A DNA stretch of 63,676 bases, the filler included, from Octopus bimaculoides (Eukaryota): the NCBI RefSeq assembly GCF_001194135.2. It is 7 parts of 7 records of this genome, joined end to end, with 100 filler letters (N's around TTAATTAATTAA, not from the genome) between each part and the next. Parts side by side here need not be neighbours in the genome. Positions count along the whole stretch, not along the records: positions 1 to 13,414 come from NC_069003.1; 6 more parts are not named here. One strand, written 5' to 3'. Below are positions 1 to 8,787 of the stretch, in pieces. The notes under the pieces are model-generated. The model did not search any database, was not told the DNA's origin, and worked only from the letters and a program-made list of their open reading frames with translations. Each line of letters starts with the position of its first letter. The first letter of the stretch is position 1. A program made the translations under genes and the position numbers.

Positions 1-126
1 TAAAAAATGAAGTTCTAGGGTTGACCTGTTTGACTAAACTCCTTCAAGGTCATGCCCCAGCATGGCTGCAGTCAAGTGACTGAAACAAGTTAAAAAATAT
101 ATATATACATACATACATAGTAATGA

Positions 127-345
127 TAATCCTTTTCTACTCTAGGCACAAGGCCTGAAATTTGGGGGAGGGGGATAGTCAATTACATCGACCCCAGTAC
201 TCAACTGGTACTTAATTTATTGACCCTGAAAGGATGAAAGTCAAAGTCGACCTCGGTGGAATTTGAACTCAGAACATAGTGGCAGATGAAATACCGCTAA
301 GCATTTCTTCCGGCATGCTAACGATTCTGCCAGCTCGCCACCTTA
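127..345 (-). mobile_element. tRNA-derived SINE, family B (AAGGYGGCGAGCTGGCAGAA head)
   Basis: Reverse complement is collinear with copies at 51893-52260, 15190-15410, 21770-21990, 24815-25020, 49050-49260, 49350-49570, 53060-53280, 55960-56220 and 58790-58960; ends in GTAGAAAAG plus (AAT)n. Confidence 0.85.
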
Positions 346-600
346 CATAGTAATAATAATAATAATAATAATAATTATAACAATAATAATAATTTTTTGA
401 ACCTGTTGAAGACACACAAGATGTTGAAATATTGTTCCCAAGATGACAATTGTCTTTTAATTTTGACTTAATAATAATAATAATAATAATCCATGGATTA
501 TTTTTTTCAGACTAGTATTTATTCTGTCGGTCTCCTTTACAGAATCGCTAAGTCACAGGGACATAAATAAAACAAAGGCCAAAGCACAAACACATCAATC

Positions 601-850
601 CATAATTCCATGTTGGTAACCAAGTACTTGACAGAGACGGGCATCAAAATTGTCCCTTATCCTTCCAATAATCCAGACCTTGCTCCAAATAACTTTTGAT
701 TGTTTTCCAAGCAGAAGGAGAAATCAAAGTAACTTGTGAGAAGGGTCACCTTCACAAAGCGGCAGGAATGCCACAAGTGTTTTGGGTCAAGGGATCCTAT
801 TCTGAAGAGGATCAGAGTTTGTGTTTCTTAGAAATTAATAAATGCCATTG
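601..850 (+). mobile_element. Decayed mariner transposase C-terminal fragment
   Basis: Frame from 601 reads HNSMLVTKYLTETGIKIVPYPSNNPDLAPNNF*LFSKQKEK, matching the mariner motif HPPYSPDLAPxDFxLFxKLK with an in-frame stop. Confidence 0.7.
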
Positions 851-929
851 TGAAATAATTTCAAAACTTCTGCAATGCAGCTTGTATATGTATTGATGCA
901 ATCTTTTTCTTTTAGTTTGATCACAACAT

Positions 930-1125
930 ATAGGTACACTTCTTTCTTTTCCTCAACAGGCCCTGCCCCGTTTAACATTGTCCCAAAACTGATCAAAGAG
1001 GGAAAGGATCCCATCACCTTTAAACGGAGTCTGGACAAATTTTTTCAAGGAATACCAGTAAGCCAGCCATACATGGATACGACTCACTCAACAAGAGCTC
1101 ACTAATTGAATGGACCATAATACCA
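930..1125 (+). mobile_element. 3' end of a CR1/L2-group LINE ORF2 (fragment)
   Basis: Reads FSSTGPAPFNIVPKLIKEGKDPITFKRSLDKFFQGIP, resembling the CR1-type C-terminal motif F...GP.LFN.LP..I....FK..LDKFL..IP. Confidence 0.6.
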
Positions 1126-1763
1126 CAAAACTTGACTTAAAAAGGATTTAGATAATCCTATTCCTATCAGGTGGTGCTATTAAATTACACATGGCCTGGA
1201 CCAATCTTTGGTCGAAAGTTTTATCATTAACTCTTTTGTTACCATATTTCTGTTGAACTCTAAGGGCTTTGTTTCAATTAATTTTGAAAATTAGAAAGAA
1301 TAAAATAACTGTTATTTTCAAACATAAAAACTTAAAGTTCTGAAGGAAAGTTTTAATTTAGATCGCTTTAAAATAAGGAGTTTGTATCATGGAGTGAAGG
1401 GCATTCTTACCTGGATTGGTATCAATCAAAACAGTTAAATTGCTAAGGAAATTATAGAAATAGANNNNNNNNNNAACATTTAAAAAAAATCTAATTACCA
1501 ATTTATACAATTTGTTTTATGGAATCTTGTTTTGTACATAAATTATTTTCATTATTACAAACAAGTTCATTTATTTAGTTCACTAAAACATTTTAGAAAC
1601 CTTTTTGAGTCACATTCAAGAACTTAGATGTACACTATACATACATGGATATGTACATGTGTGTATATACATTTATATAACAGAAACGATAGAGATGGAA
1701 AATGGAATATATGGAAACTTTATTTACATTTGATGGATATTTGTCCTCATCTTGTTTGTTGTT

Positions 1764-1810
1764 AACACAACGTTTTGGCTGATACACCCTCCAGCCTTCA
1801 TCAGGTGTCT
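1764..1810 (-). ncRNA. Type I minimal hammerhead ribozyme motif (degenerate: GAAA->AAAA)
   Basis: Minus strand reads AGACAC-CUGAUGA-A-GGCUG-GAGGGUGUAU-CAGCC-AAAAC-GUU-GUGUU. Stem I GACAC/GUGUU, stem II GGCUG/CAGCC, palindromic stem III ACGU. Confidence 0.65.
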
Positions 1811-1971
1811 TGGGGAAATGCCCATGGGCATATAGCGTAGTGGTTAAGAGCGCGGGCTACTAACCCCAAGATTCCAACTTCGATTCCAGGCAGTGACCTG
1901 AATAATAATAATAATAATAATAACATCGAAAAATATCTTAGGAATGAGAACCCAGGTTCAAAATTTTCCGA

Positions 1972-2015
1972 AGACACTTGATGAAGGCTGGAGGGTATAT
2001 CAGCCGAAACGTGTT
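1972..2015 (+). ncRNA. Type I minimal hammerhead ribozyme motif (degenerate: CUGAUGA->UUGAUGA, 3-nt deletion at the cleavage site)
   Basis: AGACAC-UUGAUGA-A-GGCUG-GAGGGUAUAU-CAGCC-GAAAC-GUGUU; same sense as the upstream tRNA head. Confidence 0.6.
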
Positions 2016-2559
2016 AACAACAAACAAGATGAAGACAAATATCTGTCAAATGTAAATAATGTAAATAATGTACATAATTCTTCATTTCTTAAATATAGAA
2101 CTGGAAACTTTATTGATCACAACAATCATTTCAACGCATTCTGCATCGCTCCCTTGTTGGTGGGAAACTATACAATTAATTTCAGTTGCATCCCAAGGTG
2201 CAGAAGTGATATAATGCACCTTGTAGACATATATAAGGCAATTACTATGAATAAAAGCACTTGCAACAATCTTGTTTTCCTTGAGCTATATAAACTTATA
2301 AAGCCACCTGCCTGGTTTCCATGGTACATAAATGACCAAGATCACATCATCCTGAACAGGACGCCGGTCAACTGCAGGGTTCAAGGCCAGTAATTTCGAA
2401 GAGAGTGGACAGATTGGTTACACTGATCCCAGTATTTGATTGGCACTTTATTTCAGCAACCCTGAAAAGATGAAAGACAAAATTAACTTCAGTGGGATTT
2501 GAACTCAGAATGTAAAGAGCAAGAAGAAATGCTGCTAAGAATTTTTGTTGGACATACTC

Positions 2560-2820
2560 AAGAAGGCCAAAATTCCAGAGCAGAAGTGTTAAGGCTGCTC
2601 CCCGCCCCTGGTGAAGAGGATTGACCTACAAGAGTGCTGTTCTGGTGTTGTGTAAGAAACACCCAGCACACTCTGTAAAATGGTTGGCATCAGGAAGGGC
2701 ATCCAGCTGTAGAAACCATGCCAAATCAGACTGGAGCCTGGTGCAGCTCTCCAGCTCTGGTCAAACCTTCCAATCCATACCAGCATGGACAATGGACGTT
2801 AAATGCTGCTGGTGATGATA
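2560..2820 (+). mobile_element. RTE-like LINE/SINE 3' end (TTGGCGTTAGGAAGGGCATCC family)
   Basis: Contains TTGGCATCAGGAAGGGCATCCAGCTGTAGAAAC and ends GGACGTTAAATG plus a (TGA)-like tail. Related copies: 10583-10880, 11941-12152, 18741-18930, 19704-20105 and 29704-30300 (opposite orientation), and 24485-24725 (same orientation). Clade assignment is from recall only. Confidence 0.6.
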
Positions 2821-4053
2821 CTAACAATTCTATTTCTTTATTGCCCACAAGGGGCTAAACATAGAGGGGACAAACAAGAACAGACAAAGGGATTAAGTCG
2901 ATTACATCGACCCCAGTGCGTAACTGGTACTTAATTTATCGNNNNNNNNNNNNNNNNNNNNNNNNNNNNNNNNNNNNNNNNNNNNNNNNNNNNNNNNNNN
3001 NNNNNNNNNNNNNNNNNNNNNNNNNNNNNNNNNNNNNNNNNNNNNNNNNNNNNNNNNNNNNNNNNNNNNNNNNNNNNNNNNNNNNNNNNNNNNNNNNNNN
3101 NNNNNNNNNNNNNNNNNNNNNNNNNNNNNNNNNNNNNNNNNNNNNNNNNNNNNNNNNNNNNNNNNNNNNNNNNNNNNNNNNNNNNNNNNNNNNNNNNNNN
3201 NNNNNNNNNNNNNNNNNNNNNNNNNNNNNNNNNNNNNNNNNNNNNNNNNNNNNNNNNNNNNNNNNNNNNNNNNNNNNNNNNNNNNNNNNNNNNNNNNNNN
3301 NNNNNNNNNNNNNNNNNNNNNNNNNNNNNNNNNNNNNNNNNNNNNNNNNNNNNNNNNNNNNNNNNNNNNNNNNNNNNNNNNNNNNNNNNNNNNNNNNNNN
3401 NNNNNNNNNNNNNNNNNNNNNNNNNNNNNNNNNNNNNNNNNNNNNNNNNNNNNNNNNNNNNNNNNNNNNNNNNNNNNNNNNNNNNNNNNNNNNNNNNNNN
3501 NNNNNNNNNNNNNNNNNNNNNNNNNNNNNNNNNNNNNNNNNNNNNNNNNNNNNNNNNNNNNNNNNNNNNNNNNNNNNNNNNNNNNNNACCAAAGCCTTGT
3601 GAGTGGATTTGGTAGACGGAAACTGAAAGAAGCCCGTTGTATATATGTATATATATGTGTGTGTGTGTTTGTCCCCCTAGCATTGCTTGACAACCGATGC
3701 TGGTGTGTTTATGTCCCCGTCACTTAGCGGTTCGGCAAAAGAGACTGATAGAATAAGTACTAGGCTTACAAAGAATAAGTCCTGGGGTCGATTTGCTTGA
3801 CTAAAGGCAGTGCTCCAGCATGGCGGCAGTCAAATGACTGAAACAAGTAAAAAAGTAAAAGAGTAAGAGATAGACTTCCTAAGTTTCACAGTCAAAAGTC
3901 TTCTCACCAGTCTATATGTGTTGGCAAATTAAATAAATTTGACATCAATTCGATATAACTCGATGGACCAAAGCATTGAAATCAGCTCTTTCCTTGGCTG
4001 TTGCTGGATGGGATAAGCAGTGTTTGTCTATTTTCCAACATCTTCCATAATAG

Positions 4054-4432
4054 TGGCTGTGTGGTAAGTAGCTTGCTTACCAACCACATGTTTCTGGGTT
4101 CAGTCCCACTGCATGGCACCTTGGGCAAGTATCTTCTACTATAGCCTCAGGCTGACCAAAGCCTTGTGAGTGGATTTGGTAGATGGAAACTGAAAGAAGC
4201 CCGTCGTATATATGTATATATATATGTGTGTGTGTGTCTGTGTTTGTCCCTGCAACATCGCTTGACAACTGATGCTGGTGTTTACGTCCCCCGTAACCTA
4301 GCGGTTCGGCAAAAGAGACCGATAGAATAAGTACTAGGCTTGCAAAGAATAAGCTCTGGGGTCAATTTGCTCGACTAAAGGCGGTGCTCCAGCACGGCCG
4401 CAGTCAAATGACTGAAACAAGTAAAAGAATAA
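4054..4432 (+). mobile_element. tRNA-derived SINE, family A (GGCTGTGTGGTAAGAAG head, internal (TA)n(TG)n)
   Basis: Full copy: head, GCCTTGTGAGTGGATTTGGTAGACGGAAACTGAAAGAAGCCC, microsatellite, tail ...GACTGAAACAAGTAAAAG. Other copies: 3589-3870, 17737-18160, 25205-25600, 29548-29700, 32911-33238, 39155-39790, 44500-44710 (+); 23380-23770, 42690-42850, 61420-61787 (-). Confidence 0.9.
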
Positions 4433-4600
4433 GTATTCAGCTATGAACTATAAGGGTATACTTACTTCATTCTGTATGATTCTTTACACATTTCCATTTG
4501 ACACAGGATTTCTCAAGCTTCCCCCACAATAAAATGGCTTCTCGCCAGTGTGTAAATGTTGCCAGACGAGTTAAATTTAGATCTGCAAGAGAAGGATTTA

Positions 4601-5350
4601 TCAAGTATCCCTATAGTCAAAAGACTTCCCTGCAGTGTGTGTGCGTTTGTGTCTTTTCAAGTGACTGTTAGTGATAAACGATTTTCCACATATCTCGCAG
4701 CGATACGCTCTTTCCCCCGTGTGGCTCCGTATATGAACTACAAGATTAAAATGATCAAAGAATGATTTTCCACATATTTCACAGTAAAACCTTTTTTCTC
4801 CAGTGTGCACATTTTTATGTCTTCTTAATTCACTATTATTGCAGTACGATTTTCCACATACTTCGCAATAGAATGGCCTTTTCCCAGTGTGTAGTTTTTT
4901 GTGCCTTGTTAAATTACTGTCGGAAAAAAAGTACTTGCCACACACTTCACAAAAACACGGTTTTTCTCCAGTGTGGATTCTTATGTGAGTAATAAGTATA
5001 GAATTTCGAATGAAGGATTTACCACAAATCTCACAGTGATATGGTTTTTCTTCAGTGTGGATTCTTTCGTGACGTGCAAGATGAGAATTCATAATAAAGG
5101 ACTTTCCACACACTTCGCAAGAGAAAGGCTTCTCTCCACTATGTATTCGTTTGTGTTTCGTTAAATTACTGCTGTTGGCAAAAGACTTCCCACATAAATC
5201 ACACTGAGTGTTTCTGTGCAATGATTTTTGTTTAGTAAATGTTTTACAACCTAAAGGCTTTTCCTCGTCGCCCTTGTACGCCCGCGCCACTGAATCGACA
5301 TCGGTAAAAACATTTCTTTTAGAATTGTCCAACTTATTATCGTGTTCCAT
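4601..5350 (-). CDS. C2H2 zinc-finger protein, 7 tandem fingers, 249 aa, single coding exon
   Basis: Seven CxxC-x12-HxxxH units joined by TGEKP-like linkers. ATG is preceded 7 nt upstream by a splice acceptor (TTTCTCCAG, AG at 5359-5358), implying a 5'-UTR intron. Confidence 0.95.
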   Translation of the reverse strand: MEHDNKLDNSKRNVFTDVDSVARAYKGDEEKPLGCKTFTKQKSLHRNTQCDLCGKSFANSSNLTKHKRIHSGEKPFSCEVCGKSFIMNSHLARHERIHTEEKPYHCEICGKSFIRNSILITHIRIHTGEKPCFCEVCGKYFFSDSNLTRHKKLHTGKRPFYCEVCGKSYCNNSELRRHKNVHTGEKRFYCEICGKSFFDHFNLVVHIRSHTGERAYRCEICGKSFITNSHLKRHKRTHTAGKSFDYRDT

Positions 5351-5849
5351 ATTAATTCTGGAGAAATGTTTCAGAAATATCTATGAATATAATTATATTA
5401 TTATCCAGTTTATTTCTTGTTTTGGATATCACGAAGTTCTGTTTACGGTTCTGGAAAATAAACAACGTCGACAGATATATTCTCAGCTTACAACCAAGTC
5501 GCATACGGATCGTTTTTCGACAAAACAAAAAAAGACTTCTTTTTTTTTTTTTCCTGCGTTTAATAAATGTGGATATGGTCAATGAGTGTTGTGGCCTAAA
5601 AACTAAAACAATATTTGAGAAGTCATAAATGATCAATAGCTGATATCAGTTCCATTGCAAGTTCCATTTATTTTCAATAAATACAAGCGCAAAGTAAAAA
5701 ATACGGAGCAATATATCGAAGAAAGAAAATGTGTGTGTGTGTGTGTGCGTGTGTGTGTATACAGTCCGAGGGACTGGTTGCGTGTTTTCTCCACATTCAC
5801 TAAAGTTTAAGTAACATGAGGAGCTAAGTTTACCTGCTCNNNNNNNNNN

Positions 5850-5884
<35 letters not shown>

Positions 5885-7669
5885 GTTGACAGAAAAGTGA
5901 GGGGTTAATGGATGTATATAAAAACAGGTTAATCAAGATATTCACTCATTAATTGGTCATTAAAACCTATTTTCCAAGCAAAATCAATTCAAACGTAGTG
6001 TAAGTTTGTAACAAAATGAAGTACTTAATTGCAGGAGACTGAACGGCGGCTCTAAAATGTTAAGGTAGCATTATGTTATCCACAAACATAAATAAAGACG
6101 TGAAAATGAAAAATTATGAAGAAACTAATAATGCGGTGTAGTCGACTATTTTACCCTCTCACAAATAACACCGGTAACATTACATTAAAGGTCCTTAATA
6201 TCATATAATACCCTCAGAAACACCTTTAGTTATATTAATTTGTCCCTTCAAGGTTATCCAACCCACGGTAAATAAATAAATTTTAAAAGAAAACATCACC
6301 CAGTGGGTAAAAAGTGAAGGAAATCGGCGTAATTTAAATCGGCGATAGTAATACCGGAAAATGTTAAAAGTAAACATGTCTTTCCCGAAACGAATAAGTT
6401 AATGCTTCAAAATAGATAAATCATTTACTTCCTTCAAACAAATTTATTCGGCGATCTTACGGCTTATTTAGTTTTGACTAGTGTTTAGAACGATCTTCCG
6501 ATTTTTAGGGATTCCGATTATATGAAATAAATTTCACAGTTAATTTTTTGGTTCCCCCTTTTTTTTTACTTACAACGTTTATAAAGTAACATTTTGAGAA
6601 AATGGAACATCTTAAAGAAGTGCTGAAGTTTAATAGTTAAGGCTGTTCAACATATTTGAGAATTACAATTCAAATTTATTGAGTTTGAGCATCGATTATA
6701 CTACATACGGCGTGTGGGATTTACTAGTTTTGAAGCGTTCAATTTTATTCGTTTCTTTAGCTCAAGAAAGCCAAGTTATATTTTTACATTTACTCTTGAT
6801 GCTGGGTACAGTCTTAATTACAGCAGCTTCTTCCATTTAACCATCTTGCTGCGTATTCGTAAGAACTGCTAGAAATAGCAGTCAAGTCACCCACAAATCA
6901 CACTCGATCACATTCAAAAATGTAGTCCGAGATTTACATAAAAATGGGAATGATGATCACGGTTTATTCTTTTTTTTTATGCTTTTACTCATTTCAATCA
7001 TTTGACTGCGGCCATGCAGGAGCACAACTCCGGGGCTTCCTTTGTAAGCCTAGTACTTATCGTACCATCTCTTTTGCCGAACAACTAGCTGACGGGGACG
7101 CAAACACACCGATACCGGTTGTCAAGCGGTGATGAGGGGACAAGCACACACACACATATATTCACGAAGATCAGTGTGTGTGTGTGATAAAATCACTGTA
7201 TAATAAAATTTGGATGTGCAAATCTCCGCTCTCCCGATCAATATTAAATAACGATAGTTATGGCCGGTCTTTAGGGATACCCAGGGTTTCACATCTATAA
7301 AGCGCTTAGCTTTAAGGGGTTTCTTGAAACCCTAATCGTCAGAGGCCGATAACTTCACTTCATAGTGGACAGACAGTTCAAAGACTTCGTAGCTACTTGT
7401 TGAACGCTTGGACAAAGGTTTAAGCGCAAGGGATTGTCTCTCTTACATCGCTTTGAAGTCCTGAAATCACAAGCCGGCCAGTCGGCTACAGCTGTCTAAG
7501 GGAGACAATCCCTTGCTCGTAACCCCTTGTCCGAACATTGTATATTTAAAATTGTAAATATTTAATCGATACAGCTACTTCACCCCTTTTATGTTTGTCT
7601 GTCCTTGTTCGTCCCCTCTTTGTAATGCCTTTATGGCAAATATTTATGAAATAAAGTAGCTATGAGGTC

Positions 7670-7993
7670 GGTAATCTTCAAGTTTAGGGGNNNNNNNNNN
7701 NNNNNNNNNNNNNNNNNNNNNNNNNNNNNNNNNNNNNNNNNNNNNNNNNNNNNNNNNNNNNNNNNGGGGGGGTAAAGAAAAAATTCAAGGGAAATAACTG
7801 AACGACTTATCAGTATTATCCGTTTTCTTCTAGCTGTTTATAAATAAATCACACCCTAACCCTAACGTCAATCAAATCACGTGTGTGATTTATTTATAAA
7901 CAGAGATGTACGGAGAATACTGGTAAGACGTTCAGTTACTTCCCTTGAATATTTTTATTTATTTTTTTTATCCCCCTAAACTTGAAGATTACC
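7670..7993. mobile_element. Palindromic MITE with 9-bp TSD (Mutator- or Merlin-like)
   Basis: Termini GGTAATCTTCAAGTTTAGGGG / CCCCTAAACTTGAAGATTACC, arms pair almost to the centre, and TATGAGGTC is duplicated at 7661-7669 and 7994-8002. Confidence 0.85.
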
Positions 7994-8559
7994 TATGAGG
8001 TCTTTTCTGTCTCCATGTTGAAGAGAGAGGTTATCGGCCACCGGTCAATGAATCTGAAGAAACGCTGTAAAGGTAAGCGCTTTACAGCCATGAAATCCAT
8101 GTTAATCCCATTGACCGGCAAAAAAAAAAAATCGGCATTTCAATATTTTAATTTTTGCACACAAACACACAACATTTGCACGCTGATTTGAAAACAGTCA
8201 CTCTTGACACAAGCAGTATTATTTGTATGCAATCTTGTGCTAAAACATGTCCAACCATTAAGGTGTTTGTAGTTCAAAGGACAAGAAGAAAATATTACCT
8301 TGTTTGGAAACAGATAAAGATTGGGGACAGAAAGGAGCATCTGCCCATAGAAAAATCTGCCTGGACTAGGTTTTGTCTGATCCATGCAAGCATGGAAAAG
8401 GAAAATCTTAAAACGATAATTAAGATGATGCTTATAGAATTTACAACAGTCCAACTCTATGCTTATCATTGTCCTTGTAGCAAATACAATGATTGCTGTT
8501 CAAGATATTTTTTTATGTTACTGATGCCAACATCCCACTGATTTTTGTATCACAACTAT

Positions 8560-8787
8560 GATCTCTGCCTTAACTCTTGAGCATTCATATTACTCTGTCA
8601 AATGTAATGCTTATTTATTCAGATTGTTTTGAATTAATCCTGCATTATCTCACAGTTTCAACATTTTAATGATGTGACCGTTTAGTTTTAGAATGACATT
8701 GTAGGGTAGAATTTTAGAGGCCTGATCTGGCCAGTTATGTAGAATATTAGAGGCCTGATCTGGCCAAGTTAAATGCTAAAAGGTTCA
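8560..8787. mobile_element. TTAA-type (piggyBac-like) MITE
   Basis: TTAACTCTTGAGCATT ... AATGCTAAAAGGTT termini, matching the better-preserved copy at 39465-39675. Confidence 0.55.

Larger units (their letters stand above)
1720..2060 (+). mobile_element. tRNA-headed SINE-like element with Penelope-type hammerhead module and an inverted 5' copy of that module
   Basis: tRNA-like head 1826-1897 (A box TAGCGTAGTGG, B-box-like CTTCGATTCC), (AAT)n 1901-1923, and about 100-bp inverted arms 1720-1819 and 1962-2058, each carrying CTGATGA/TTGATGA-GGCTG..CAGCC-GAAAC/AAAAC. Confidence 0.75.

Noticed and set aside
1826-1897. Possible tRNA gene (also 40430-40499, 59701-59830)
   Set aside because: No proper acceptor stem, and each continues into a repeat body, so these are SINE heads.
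1944-2393. 149-aa ORF
   Set aside because: Starts within the hammerhead-bearing repeat and has no recognisable domain or splice context.
2902-3693. Long ORFs spanning N runs (also 42787-44298, 47683-49040, 56167-56817, 57387-58078)
   Set aside because: They are open only because N codons are never stops.
7994-8066. Apparent minus-strand 5'-UTR exon with donor GTAATC
   Set aside because: The donor is simply the terminus of the MITE at 7670-7993.
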